DNA from: Spirochaetia bacterium
Lineage (GTDB): Bacteria; Spirochaetota; Spirochaetia; DSM-2461
Length of the DNA: 64,000 nucleotides
Direction of reading: 5' to 3'
NCBI GenBank assembly: GCA_963666985.2
Contig: CAXXIA010000002.1
Span: 384,001 to 448,000 of the forward strand
A model generated the notes under the pieces. The model searched no databases. It was not told where the DNA came from and saw nothing but the letters and a program-made list of their open reading frames with translations. Positions 1 to 10,188 of this stretch are shown here, one piece after another. How positions within the stretch are numbered: position 1 is the first letter of the stretch; each line of letters begins with the position of its first letter. A program made the position numbers and the translations under genes.

Positions 1-1843
1 ACGCCGTCTCGGCTCGGTCGTAGGATTCAAAACGCGCCGAGACGATTCCGTACTCGTTCCAGCTCCCTTTATTCCCGTTTTCTCTCGCCGTGAGCTCGAA
101 ATCGTCGAGAACCGAGTTTTTTACTTTTTCCAAACCGGAGCGGAAATCCTGAACAACCTTCGTCCTATCCCCGTACTGCAGCCCCAAGTCACTCTCTTCG
201 AAACCGACGGGTCTGTAGATTTTCTGAGCTTCCCGAGTGTAATACAAACCGAGAGCATCATCTTCGTCGATAAAACGGGCGAATTCCTCCGAACCCGAAC
301 GCCAAGCCGTTTGAAAATCATCTTCCCCGATGAACGTGATTTCCACGGGAACCCAAAGAGTGCCGTCGAGATTAATCGTCATCGATTTATCCGGATTGAT
401 TAATCGATAATCCTTCGCGGGGAGTCCGGTGGAGAACATCGAATAGATATGCCCGGGCACCGTAACAAAGGCCGTTTCAATGCCGGAGGATTCCAGCAGC
501 GAATTAAAAAGAACCGTTAAATCGTCGCAGTCTCCGGAAAGTTTTTTCAGGGTGTCCCGCGGGAGATTCACCGAATCAATGACCAAATCGTTTCCCTGGG
601 CGTCTTCGAACGAAAGTGTCGGATCACGCTGATAGATGCAGCCTATTTCCGTCAAACCGTAATAAATCTGCATGGCGGTTTGAACGGCCTCGCTATAGCC
701 GGGATTCGAAATGTCCTTACAGGTCTGCTTCAAGTAGCCGGTGTAATTGGCCAAAGCGCTGTCGCCGACGGTCATGAACGCGGCGACCTTTCTGTCGTCG
801 TCCCAGGTTAAAGAGTTCTTGTCGTAAAGATCATACGAAATCGGACCGCTCTGACTCACGGTGCGGGAACGCAGGGTATACTCCACGGAGACCTTGCCGG
901 TGAGCGGAGTGACTCCGGACATGGAGAAAATTTCCTTGTTGAATACCGCATAAAGCGGAACGGTTATCGATTCGCCAGGGCCAATGTCCGGCACGTCGGC
1001 CGTGGGCGTGGCCACGTCCATAAAACCGGCCTGATCGAAGGTTACCTTGAGATTTGTAAGCGGATACTTCTCGGTATTGGTTAGAACGACTTCTCCCACG
1101 GGGTGGTCCACGTAATAACTCTGCATGGCGGCGAACATGTCGCTGATGCGGATATCTTTGAATTCTATGGATCGGATATCGGCGGCCGGATCGTCCGGAT
1201 CGATGCCGAAGCGGTAATCGGCGCGAATGCCGATACCGAAGATAAAGCCGTTGAACCGCTTGAGCGGAGAAAAAGACCGGTTATATCGTATCGAAGGACG
1301 AAGCTGAAGACTGATGTTGTAACTCGGATTAAACGCCGCCGTTCCTCCGGCGGATACCTGCAGATCGGCGGCGCCGTGAGCCTCGCCGGAAACCTGATCA
1401 AGATTGGGAAAAACCGAATACCCTATGCCGAGTTCCACGTCGGCACCGAGTTCCGCCTGTTTGCTCAACTTATGCTGATAGGCCAATCCGGCGGTAAAAA
1501 AAAGTCTTGTGTAATCAAAGTTGTCCAGATCGGGATCCGCGGCGCTGTATTGAGCCTGATTCATAAAAATCCCGATTCGGGCCTGAGGCTGAAGCTGGGG
1601 AATCGAAGGAAGAGGAACGCGGCCGACAACGGAAAAATCGACTTGGCTGAAATCCCCTTTGTAATCCGTTCCGAGCATGGATATCGGTGAGACGATCTGA
1701 TATTCGGCTCCGATGGAAAAAGGAAAACGGTAAACCGTATTATAATTGACTTTTCCCGCCGTGCTTTGCGCAAAAACGCCGCCGATGCAGGAAAGGAATA
1801 AAATAATGAAAAAACTTACTCTGTTTGCATTGAGCAACTTCAT
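1..1843 (-). CDS. Exported transglutaminase-like/TPR domain protein (3' end runs off the window)
   Basis: Manual translation, absent from the ORF track because there is no stop in the window. Starts with signal peptide MKLLNANRVSFFIILFLSCIGGVFA; contains the transglutaminase-like core SGDCDDLTVLFNSLLESSGIETAFVTVPGHIY and WVPVEIT; ends in TPR-like WNEYGIVSARFESYDRAE. Alternative start at 1852. Confidence 0.75.
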   Translation of the reverse strand, partial: MKLLNANRVSFFIILFLSCIGGVFAQSTAGKVNYNTVYRFPFSIGAEYQIVSPISMLGTDYKGDFSQVDFSVVGRVPLPSIPQLQPQARIGIFMNQAQYSAADPDLDNFDYTRLFFTAGLAYQHKLSKQAELGADVELGIGYSVFPNLDQVSGEAHGAADLQVSAGGTAAFNPSYNISLQLRPSIRYNRSFSPLKRFNGFIFGIGIRADYRFGIDPDDPAADIRSIEFKDIRISDMFAAMQSYYVDHPVGEVVLTNTEKYPLTNLKVTFDQAGFMDVATPTADVPDIGPGESITVPLYAVFNKEIFSMSGVTPLTGKVSVEYTLRSRTVSQSGPISYDLYDKNSLTWDDDRKVAAFMTVGDSALANYTGYLKQTCKDISNPGYSEAVQTAMQIYYGLTEIGCIYQRDPTLSFEDAQGNDLVIDSVNLPRDTLKKLSGDCDDLTVLFNSLLESSGIETAFVTVPGHIYSMFSTGLPAKDYRLINPDKSMTINLDGTLWVPVEITFIGEDDFQTAWRSGSEEFARFIDEDDALGLYYTREAQKIYRPVGFEESDLGLQYGDRTKVVQDFRSGLEKVKNSVLDDFELTARENGNKGSWNEYGIVSARFESYDRAETA

Positions 1844-2030
1844 AGGAGTCATCCACCCACAGAAGAAATATTAACTCGTTTTAACAATCAAATCTTTCCG
1901 AAAATACATTTACCGTCACGAATATATAAAAAAAATCGGGATGTCCCGGGGATTCCCGGCGGGAATGATTCACCGAATACTTCCGGCGGGTATGACGGCG
2001 ATTATTGTCCGATTCGGAATTCGGGGACTC

Positions 2031-2783
2031 TCAGTATTGAACCGACTCCAGGAAAAGCCCTTTCGCCGGAGCGGTTTTTCCCGCCTCGGTTCGCTTTCCG
2101 CTCTCCAAAAGCTTCGAAACCGAATCAGCGGGCCTCCGGCCCAATCCGACCTCGATGAGAGTTCCGATGATGATCCTGACCATATTATGAAGAAAACCGT
2201 CCGCGGTCAGGCGGATTTCCAAGATCGAATTATCTCCGAAATGCTCATCAATGTCCACGGCTTTGAGGCTGCGCTCCGCCGATTTCGTTTTTGATTTCAT
2301 CGTGGTAAAAGCCGAAAAATCATGGCGTCCGAGTAAACTCGCCCCGGCGGTTTTCATGGCTGTGATATCCAAGGGTTCGGCAATATGCCAGGCATACTTA
2401 CGTTCGAAAGGATTGGGCCAGAGACCGGTATCGATACGGTAAAGATAGGTTTTTTCCACGACTCGGTATCGGGCGTGAAATCTTTCATCCGTTTTCTCGG
2501 CGTTGATAACCGCGATGTCGTCGGGTAGGTAGCGGGCCGCGTGCCGGAGGATCATCGGGGAAGTCAGTTCCGCTTCGGTTCGAAAATGTGCCGGCTGCGC
2601 CAGAGCGTGAACGCCGGCGTCGGTTCGGCCCGAACCGGTTACCAGGATTTCAGCTCCGCAAAGAGTCGAGATAACGGCCTCGACTTTTGACTGAACCGTA
2701 TCGCCGGAAGCGTCTTTCCCGAGTCTCTGCCAGCCCTTGTAGCGGGCGCCGTCGTAACGAATGATGATTTTCCAGCTCTGCAT
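2031..2783 (-). CDS. truA: tRNA pseudouridine(38-40) synthase TruA
   Basis: Motifs YDG..Y.GWQ, GSGRTDAGVHA..Q, GFLHNMVRII and TAPAKGLFL. Confidence 0.95.
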   Translation of the reverse strand: MQSWKIIIRYDGARYKGWQRLGKDASGDTVQSKVEAVISTLCGAEILVTGSGRTDAGVHALAQPAHFRTEAELTSPMILRHAARYLPDDIAVINAEKTDERFHARYRVVEKTYLYRIDTGLWPNPFERKYAWHIAEPLDITAMKTAGASLLGRHDFSAFTTMKSKTKSAERSLKAVDIDEHFGDNSILEIRLTADGFLHNMVRIIIGTLIEVGLGRRPADSVSKLLESGKRTEAGKTAPAKGLFLESVQY

Positions 2784-2970
2784 CGCTGTAGAGTACAGCG
2801 CCGAAGGGCGCGGGGGGAAGATGGTTTTGCCGCCTCATCAACGCCGAATAATCGGCCGTTACATCAGAATACCCGCCCGATGGAATGCCGCTTTTGGGTA
2901 ACGGACAAGATTCATGCGCATCAATAAAAATTTTTTGTTTCTTAATCCATCGGTCATTACTATTGATTTA

Positions 2971-3804
2971 ATGAATATAAGAAAAATTAAAAAGACGCTT
3001 AGAAAAATCCGCGGCATAACAAAACCCAGGTGGCCTACTCCCGAATATGACGACAATAATCAGCCTCATTTTCTTTTTCTTATTACTCCTCCTTACTCCG
3101 GTTCAACGGCAATTGCAAAAATTCTGGATACAGGGCGAAGAACAATGACTCTGAGCAATAATGGCGAGGGGCAATGGTTGATACCCGGACTCTGTAAAAA
3201 GGATCGTTGGAATCCTGATAAGAAAGTGAACTATAAATCCATAAAAGCCGTTTGGCTCAATAAGTATCAAAGCAAGAAAAAATTGAATCAAGATATTGAA
3301 GTTGTAATAGAGAAAAGTCCGCCGAACATGGTCAGAATAGAAAACATAACATCGCTATTCAAGAATCATTCATTTCTTGCCAATAATCGAAATCCTTACG
3401 CAAATTGTGCCAGCATTCTTTATCGCCTCTATAATCCAACAAAGATCTCCATGGAAAAACGGAAACGAATCTTGGAACAATTGGCCGAAGGATGGCTGAT
3501 GAGAAGCCGCAGAATAAAAGAACTTATTATCAAGTATAAAGTTCCACTCTTAACTTATGAACAGTTTTGTCAAAATCCATCCTCTATATTGGATTCTTTA
3601 AATCTTCCGAAGGGTGTCTCTGAAGACATTGATATAAACGCTGAAGTTAAGGTAAAGGATTACAAACCTCAAATAATCTCCAATCATAATGAAAGACAAA
3701 TCTCAAACTTAACCAAGAAAGATATTGAGAACATTAATCACATATTGGAGAAAGAAAGAAATCTTTTAGACTTTTTTGGATATGACCTTTTGAAGAAAGT
3801 CTAA
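2971..3804 (+). CDS. Sulfotransferase-family protein (AT-rich)
   Basis: PAPS-binding-like FLITPPYSGST, IEKSPPN, RNPYA..AS and YEQFC.NP. Start taken at ATG 2971, 7 nt after TACTAT. Confidence 0.75.
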   Translation: MNIRKIKKTLRKIRGITKPRWPTPEYDDNNQPHFLFLITPPYSGSTAIAKILDTGRRTMTLSNNGEGQWLIPGLCKKDRWNPDKKVNYKSIKAVWLNKYQSKKKLNQDIEVVIEKSPPNMVRIENITSLFKNHSFLANNRNPYANCASILYRLYNPTKISMEKRKRILEQLAEGWLMRSRRIKELIIKYKVPLLTYEQFCQNPSSILDSLNLPKGVSEDIDINAEVKVKDYKPQIISNHNERQISNLTKKDIENINHILEKERNLLDFFGYDLLKKV

Positions 3805-3866
3805 AAAATCTATTCGGGGAAACTTTTCCAAAATCGTCAAACGGATGATGAACAAAAAATCCGCCG

Positions 3867-5147
3867 TTACCGGCCGTGCTTCCTGAATGCCGCCCACGTT
3901 CCGCGCAGCTTTTCGGCAAAGGCGTAGAAACGATAAATCACCGGTCTGAGAGGATAATCCCAAGCGCCCCAATAATGCCGAATCTCTCCGCCGAATCCTG
4001 TTTTCATCCGCCACAGGCCGTGCATGGGATGAGAAGGATCATCGGAAGGAGAGATTCCGAAGAAATCGTATTCTTCGGCGCCTTCGGCGCGGGCATCGCT
4101 TATGGCCCGCCACTGAAGGAGGTAATTGGGCATGAGCTCCCGCTTTCGTCCGCCGGATGCGCCGTACATATAGGTGGAACGCCGCCCTATTCTGCCGACG
4201 ATGATTCCCGCAAGAGCCTGGCCTTCGTGTTCGGCGAGATAAAGAGAGAAGGACGGCTCTTGATGAGGGGTGGAACAAACCGCGGATTTCGGTTCGTTCG
4301 AAAGTATCCCTTTTTCATCCGCGAGCGGTTTCACGGCGCTCCCCGCGGCCTCTCCCGAAAACAGCCGCCGGTAATAGGATTCCGGATGCAGAGCGATGCC
4401 GTCACGCTTGCCGGTTTCTTCGTACAATTGATACCACGCCGGTATGGCCGCCAAGGCTTGCTCTCCGTTCAAACGCGTTATTTCAACACCCTTCTTGGCG
4501 GCCAATCGGATGTTGTAGCGCGTTTTCTTATGCATCCCGGCAAGGAGTGTCTCTTCATCGGGGGCAAGATTGAGTATGACGGTATCAGGCGGCTGCACCC
4601 GGTAAGGGGCCGACTTAAGCGGAGGCGGAAGCGGCTTTGGATGGGGGATGGTCGCGGCGGCCGATACGGGGCCGCGGGTTCCGCCGGTGAGATCGAAACG
4701 GAGAAGAAAGCAGCGCGGCTTCAGATGAGGTTGAGCCGCTGCCGCCAGGGACGAGAGAAAGAGGCTGGCCGCTTCGGGTGATAATCCCTCCGGCAGCTCG
4801 GGGCCGTAGGGGACGTAGGCTATGGAAAACCCGCCGGGGAAGGTTCGCTCCAGGATGAGCAGACGGCCTTCGCTTGCTTTGAGGTCGGGATTATCGAGAG
4901 GATCGCCGGTTCTATCCGCGCCGTTTACGCCGTCTGCGCTTTCCGCGCCGCGCGGGGCGGTTAAAGCGGCCGCTTCGGTAAAGCCGGAGGCCATCAGGGT
5001 GAAAGCTTTGGCCTCCCATCCGGATGCGGCCTTGAAGGCGGCCCAAAAACCGCTTTGGAGAAGATTGTCCCCGCCGGTTAATTCGGTCGGCGAAAGAGGC
5101 CGGAGCGTTATGGAAAAAGGATTCACGCGCCGCGCTTCGGGGGTCAC
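3867..5147 (-). CDS. FemAB/FemX-family peptidoglycan bridge aminoacyltransferase
   Basis: Motifs LLQS.FW..FK...GW, KKTRYNIRLAAKKGV, YMYGAS, PNYLLQW, YDFFG and KTGFGG. Confidence 0.9.
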   Translation of the reverse strand: MTPEARRVNPFSITLRPLSPTELTGGDNLLQSGFWAAFKAASGWEAKAFTLMASGFTEAAALTAPRGAESADGVNGADRTGDPLDNPDLKASEGRLLILERTFPGGFSIAYVPYGPELPEGLSPEAASLFLSSLAAAAQPHLKPRCFLLRFDLTGGTRGPVSAAATIPHPKPLPPPLKSAPYRVQPPDTVILNLAPDEETLLAGMHKKTRYNIRLAAKKGVEITRLNGEQALAAIPAWYQLYEETGKRDGIALHPESYYRRLFSGEAAGSAVKPLADEKGILSNEPKSAVCSTPHQEPSFSLYLAEHEGQALAGIIVGRIGRRSTYMYGASGGRKRELMPNYLLQWRAISDARAEGAEEYDFFGISPSDDPSHPMHGLWRMKTGFGGEIRHYWGAWDYPLRPVIYRFYAFAEKLRGTWAAFRKHGR

Positions 5148-7430
5148 CTAGCCAACCTTGCCCTCACGGACCTTCCCGGTTTTCAAGGGGGCGCCGGAGA
5201 GAACGAGTCCGGTTTCGCCGACGGTAACCCGGCCGTTCGATACGCGGATGGGTGTTTCGAAAAACCGGTCGATGGAAATCCTTCCCGCGGGAGGATCGGC
5301 GGGTACGGCGCCTTCAAGGAACACCCGTTCACCAGGTTCGGCGCTGGGCATGAGGACCTCAAGGTTCTCATCATCGTCTTCGGCGGCCAGAAGCATGCCG
5401 TGACTTTTGATGCCGCGCAGCTTGGCGGGCTTCAGATTGAAAGCAAGAACGATTGTTTTCCCGTCCAGATCCTCAGGATTGTAATGCCCCACGAGTCCGG
5501 AACAAATGGTTCGCGGTTCTTCGGTGCCGTCGTTCAGGGTAATCACGTAGAGTTTGTCGGCATCCGGATGCCGCTTTACCGCGGTGATGCGGGCGGCGCG
5601 GAGATCCAGGGCCGCGAAGGACTGTTCGGGAGTTAGGGGAACATCGGATGAGGATTCGGCGGACTCAGGTTTATTCGCCGCCGATCCGGCGGCAGCGGCT
5701 CCCGAGGAATCCGGGGAGCCTTTTCCGGAGGCTTTTTTCCCGGCGGCTTTTTCTTCAGCCGCGGCTTCGCCGGCGGCCTTTCGCTCGGCCTGAGAGCCGC
5801 TGAAGCGGGCCCGAAGATCGGCGATGCGGTCGTCTTCAAGCTTCTCGAAAAGAATCTCCGGCTTGGCAACCGTTTCAGTCCCTTCGGTAAAACCGAGGAA
5901 AGACCAGGAGTCGTCTTCCATGCCGTACCAGTCGGCCATTTTCGCGGCTGTTGAAGGCATGTAGGGCTTCATCAGGATAGCCAGATCGCGAACGAGGAAG
6001 GCCAAGGTTTTAATGAGTTTCGCGGCCTCTTCGGGGGATTCCTTGCGGGTACGCCAAGGCTCACCGGCCTGGAAGACTTTGTTTCCGAAGTCCGACAGCG
6101 CGAAGATTTCGCGGAAAGCCCCGCGCAGTTCGGCCCGGTCCAGCTTGGCGGTGATGTCGGCCTCGCGTGCCTTTACCTCGGCCCAGACGGCCTCATCAAG
6201 CGGTGCTTCGGGGATTGCCCCGTCATAGAAACGTCCGACGAAGGAAAGAGTGCGGTTCACCAGGTTGGCGAAATTGCCGATGAGTTCGCCGTTCACCTTT
6301 TCCTGAAAGTCGGCCCAGGTGAACTGATAGTCGGAGGTTTCCGGCCGGTTGTAGTAAATATAGAAACGCCAGACATCGGCGGGGATGCCCGTTTCGCGGC
6401 AGTCGGTTCCGAAAACGCCGACTCCTTTGCTCTTGGAGAACTTGCCGTCTTCATAATTCAGATACTCGGAGGAGCTCATGTGGTGGAGCATGGTCCACTT
6501 CTCTGTGGAGGCCAGCAGCGTGCAGGGAAAAATAACGGTGTGAAAGGGAATGTTATCCTTCCCGATGAACTGGAAGAGTTCGGTATTTTCGGGATCCCGC
6601 CACCAATATTCCCAGTTGTCGGTAAGATCCATCGTGATGGAAATATAGCCTATGGGCGCGTCGAACCAGACGTAAAAGACTTTATCCTCGAAACCTTCCT
6701 TGGGCACCGGGATGCCCCACTTGAGGTCGCGGGTAATGGCTCTCTCTTTCAGGCCGTCGCGAATCCAGCTTTCGGTCATCTTCACGGCATTGTTGGCCCA
6801 GAAGCCGTTCACTTTGGCCTCGTTCATCCATTCTTCAAGCTTCGGTTTGATGCCCGGTAAATCGATGTAGAGATGCCGTGTGCTTCGGATGACCGGCGTG
6901 CTGCCGCAGGTGCCGCAGCGGGGATTTTCCAGTTCGGTCGGATCGAGCAGTTTTCCGCAGTTCTCGCACTGATCGCCGCGGGCATCCGGATACCCGCAGT
7001 GCGGACAGGTTCCGTGAACGTAGCGGTCGGCAAGAAATCGCTGATCGTGCTCGCAGTAGAGCTGTTCGATGGTGTTTTCTTTGATGAATCCGGCCTCGTC
7101 GACTTTTTTGAATAAATGCTGAACAATCTCGGTCTGCTCGGGTCTGCTGGTCCGGCCGAAATGATCGAAATCAATCTCGAACCAATCGTAAATGTCCACG
7201 TGAACCGCGTTGTAGCGGTCGCAGAGATCCCGCGGCGAAACCCCTTCTTCCAAAGCCCTGGTTTCGGTGGCCGTGCCGTACTCGTCGGTACCGCAGACAT
7301 AAAGGGTTTCGTATCCGTACTGCCGGCAGAAGCGGGCAAAGACATCGGCGGAAAGAACCTGTATGAGATTTCCCAGATGAGGGATGTTGTTGACGTAGGG
7401 AAGTGCTGAGGTGATAAGGCGCTTTTTCAT
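5148..7430 (-). CDS. metG: Methionine--tRNA ligase with C-terminal tRNA-binding domain
   Basis: ITSALPYVNNIPHLGN (HIGH-like), Zn-knuckle CxxC motifs, KFSKS, C-terminal OB/Trbp111 domain. Start set at MKKRLITS. Confidence 0.96.
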   Translation of the reverse strand: MKKRLITSALPYVNNIPHLGNLIQVLSADVFARFCRQYGYETLYVCGTDEYGTATETRALEEGVSPRDLCDRYNAVHVDIYDWFEIDFDHFGRTSRPEQTEIVQHLFKKVDEAGFIKENTIEQLYCEHDQRFLADRYVHGTCPHCGYPDARGDQCENCGKLLDPTELENPRCGTCGSTPVIRSTRHLYIDLPGIKPKLEEWMNEAKVNGFWANNAVKMTESWIRDGLKERAITRDLKWGIPVPKEGFEDKVFYVWFDAPIGYISITMDLTDNWEYWWRDPENTELFQFIGKDNIPFHTVIFPCTLLASTEKWTMLHHMSSSEYLNYEDGKFSKSKGVGVFGTDCRETGIPADVWRFYIYYNRPETSDYQFTWADFQEKVNGELIGNFANLVNRTLSFVGRFYDGAIPEAPLDEAVWAEVKAREADITAKLDRAELRGAFREIFALSDFGNKVFQAGEPWRTRKESPEEAAKLIKTLAFLVRDLAILMKPYMPSTAAKMADWYGMEDDSWSFLGFTEGTETVAKPEILFEKLEDDRIADLRARFSGSQAERKAAGEAAAEEKAAGKKASGKGSPDSSGAAAAGSAANKPESAESSSDVPLTPEQSFAALDLRAARITAVKRHPDADKLYVITLNDGTEEPRTICSGLVGHYNPEDLDGKTIVLAFNLKPAKLRGIKSHGMLLAAEDDDENLEVLMPSAEPGERVFLEGAVPADPPAGRISIDRFFETPIRVSNGRVTVGETGLVLSGAPLKTGKVREGKVG

Positions 7431-7630
7431 AACGGGGAACATCTTACGCTCCGATGAGGGGAGGGTCAATGTGAGGCCCTTGTGCTCGGTGTTTGATTTT
7501 TCAGCCGACGGAGCTTTTAAGAAACAGCGCCTCCGCCGCTTTATATCGCCTTATCCTATCTTACTCTTGGTTCCGATATACGTGTACCGAAAGGCCCTCT
7601 CAATGCTATGATCGTGCCGCGGAGGCTTCA

Positions 7631-8710
7631 ATGGCAAAAAGGATTACTCAGGGCTCCTTAATCGGATTGATCCGCGATATTTTCATTGCAAAAGGAATGA
7701 ACCGCATCGATGCGGAACTGACGGCCGATGTTCTGGTTGCGGCCGATGCCCGGGGAATCCCCTCTCACGGCGTGGCAAGGCTCTGGCGGTATCTGGCGGG
7801 CATCGATAAAGGAGTCATGAAAAGTGAAGACGCTTCGGTTGTTCTGAAGGAGACCGATTCTTCCCTCCTCGTCGATGCCCGAGGTTCCATGGGGCCGCCG
7901 GTGAGTTTCCGAACAATGAAAAGCATCCTTGATAAAGCGGAGAAAACAGGTTTTTCCTTCGCGTCGGTTAAAGACTCGAACCATTTCGGCATTGCCGGCT
8001 ACTACGCGATGATGGCCTTGGAACGGGATATGATCGGAATCGCCATGACGAACACGGCGGCTTTGGGCGTTCCCACGTTCGGCCGGGAAGTGATGTTCGG
8101 AACCAATCCCCTGGCCGTCGCCGTTCCCTCGGGCAAGGAGATTCCCTTTGTCCTGGATATGGCGACCACGGTTATACCCCGTGGAAAGATTGAAGTCTGC
8201 GAGAGGGAAGGAAAGGAACTTCCGGCGGGCTGGGCCGTCAACGAGAAAGGACTGACCGCGACCAATCCCGGTGATATTCTGAAAAAGATGCTGAACCGCG
8301 AAGGCGGCGGCATTCTCCCGCTGGGAGGAGAATCCGAAGAATTCGGAGGCCATAAGGGATTCGGGCTTGCCGTTATGGTGGATATTTTCTGCGCCCTTCT
8401 CGGAGGCGCCGATTTCGGACCGGCCGTCGCCGACAGTCAGGCCACCTCCGCCAGAGTTTCCCATTTTTTCGGGGCGCTCAAGATTTCCCGATTTCGCAAT
8501 CCCGACGAATTCAAAGCCGACATGGATATTCTTCTCTCGCAGCTGAAAAACGCATCCCCGGCCGACGGACGGGAACGGGTTTATTACGCCGGACTCAAAG
8601 AAGCGGAAAACGAAAGGCAATCCGCGGCCGATGGAATCCTTCTTTCAGAGAAAGTATGGAACTCCATCCGCGATTTCGCGAAGGAACTCAACGTGGCGAT
8701 TCCGGAATGA
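7631..8710 (+). CDS. Ldh_2-family (malate/L-lactate/ureidoglycolate-type) oxidoreductase
   Basis: Motifs ADARGIPSHG, SNHFGIAGYY, GTNPLA, LDMATT and GGHKGFGL. GGAGG Shine-Dalgarno before ATG 7631. Confidence 0.9.
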   Translation: MAKRITQGSLIGLIRDIFIAKGMNRIDAELTADVLVAADARGIPSHGVARLWRYLAGIDKGVMKSEDASVVLKETDSSLLVDARGSMGPPVSFRTMKSILDKAEKTGFSFASVKDSNHFGIAGYYAMMALERDMIGIAMTNTAALGVPTFGREVMFGTNPLAVAVPSGKEIPFVLDMATTVIPRGKIEVCEREGKELPAGWAVNEKGLTATNPGDILKKMLNREGGGILPLGGESEEFGGHKGFGLAVMVDIFCALLGGADFGPAVADSQATSARVSHFFGALKISRFRNPDEFKADMDILLSQLKNASPADGRERVYYAGLKEAENERQSAADGILLSEKVWNSIRDFAKELNVAIPE

Positions 8711-10137
8711 CGAAGAACGGCAGACACCGCCCCTATATCCGTATTCTTCTCTTCATCATCCTTCCGCTGACAATTTCCTGCGCATCCTCATCACCGGCCG
8801 ATCCGGCTTTCGAAAGGCTCTCGCCGGCAGCCGCGCCGATTTCACAAAAACCGGAACAAACCGCCGAATCGGCGGAAATGGCCGCCGCGGAAGAAAAACC
8901 GGTTTTCGATCCGCTTCTTACACTCGCCCAATACCCCCCGGTTGAAGCCGTCCGTGGTGTTGAATTCAGAGTATTTCCCCGGGATTCATCAATTCGGATA
9001 CTCCAAAACGAACAGCTCACGGATCTTATCCCGGTGAATCGAAGTAAAGACAAAGCGACGTTCAACACCGACGCGGGCGCCGTTCTCATCGAAGCGGAAG
9101 GATATCTTCCGCTGGTAATCCCCATGCCGCCGGGCGGCGGATATGTCGAGGCGAAACTGGAGCGATCCGGAATCTGCCTGAACGAGGTTGGTGAACTTTC
9201 CACCGAATACCAGCCCAAGAGCGTCCGCTTCACTCCGGACGGCCGATTTTTGTTTACCGCGCATCTCGGCGATAAAACGGCGTTGAGTCAGTACCGTATT
9301 GAGCCTTTCGAATGGATGCGCAACCTCGATGTTCCCGAAAACTACCAAGGAGACTCGGGATTCGTCGAAACTTTGATTTTGGAAGGCCGAGGTGAACTCT
9401 GGCTCTCCCAGATGAACAGAAATGCCGTTCATGTATTCAACCTCCGAACAGGACTGCACCAAGGCGTTATCAAACTGAGCGGTTCCTGGCCCAAGGTTCT
9501 GCTTGCCTCCGAAGATGAAACGAAAGTCTACGCCTCCTGCTGGATTTCCCAAACCGTCTCGGAAATCGACGTTGAAACCCGGAAAGAAATCCGCAGTTTC
9601 GATACCACGGGGATTCCCAGGGGCATGGCTTTCTCGCCGGACGGCAAAGATCTTCTCGTGGCGATTTTTTCAACATCCGCGGTAGACAGAATCAACCTGG
9701 AACAAGGCGAGAGGACGGCAACGCATGATGCCGCGCCGGGGCATGCTTACGCGATGCGTCACATCGTCCATGACCAGAGGCGCGGTGAGTATTACATTAC
9801 GGCCATGGGAGTAGGACGGGTTTACCGTCTTTCCGAAGAAGGCGAGTGGCTCGGCTGGTGGCCGGTCGGTGAAAAACCGAATACCTGCGCGATGAGCCCC
9901 GACGGGCGATACCTCTTCGTATCATGCCGCGGTCCGAACAATCCCGATACGGGGTATCTCACATGCGGTTACGAATACGGAAAGATCTTCATTATCGATT
10001 TGGAAAGCGGTGAATCGAAGGACTGGATATGGGGACGGGATCAGCCGACGGGACTGGATGTGAGCCCGAACGGAAATTACCTGGCCTTTACCGATTTTCT
10101 CACGCATAACGTGGAGTTATACCGAATAACGAAATAA
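8707..10137 (+). CDS. YncE-like beta-propeller lipoprotein
   Basis: Lipobox-like LTISC after a hydrophobic segment; repeated P..(F/M)(T/S)PDG..L blades; ATGA overlap with the upstream stop. Confidence 0.7.
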   Translation: MTKNGRHRPYIRILLFIILPLTISCASSSPADPAFERLSPAAAPISQKPEQTAESAEMAAAEEKPVFDPLLTLAQYPPVEAVRGVEFRVFPRDSSIRILQNEQLTDLIPVNRSKDKATFNTDAGAVLIEAEGYLPLVIPMPPGGGYVEAKLERSGICLNEVGELSTEYQPKSVRFTPDGRFLFTAHLGDKTALSQYRIEPFEWMRNLDVPENYQGDSGFVETLILEGRGELWLSQMNRNAVHVFNLRTGLHQGVIKLSGSWPKVLLASEDETKVYASCWISQTVSEIDVETRKEIRSFDTTGIPRGMAFSPDGKDLLVAIFSTSAVDRINLEQGERTATHDAAPGHAYAMRHIVHDQRRGEYYITAMGVGRVYRLSEEGEWLGWWPVGEKPNTCAMSPDGRYLFVSCRGPNNPDTGYLTCGYEYGKIFIIDLESGESKDWIWGRDQPTGLDVSPNGNYLAFTDFLTHNVELYRITK

Positions 10138-10188
10138 CAACGGGGCGCACCGATCGGTTTCCCATTAAGGTTTTTACCATCAGCGATC

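Noticed and set aside
1103..1690. 195-aa plus-strand ORF
   Set aside because: It is antisense to the long minus-strand transglutaminase-like gene.
1950..2000. GGATTCCCGGCGGGAATGA / TTCCGGCGGGTATGA short repeat pair
   Set aside because: It resembles REP-like ATTCCC...GGGAAT palindromes but is too short and degenerate, with no other copies seen in the window.
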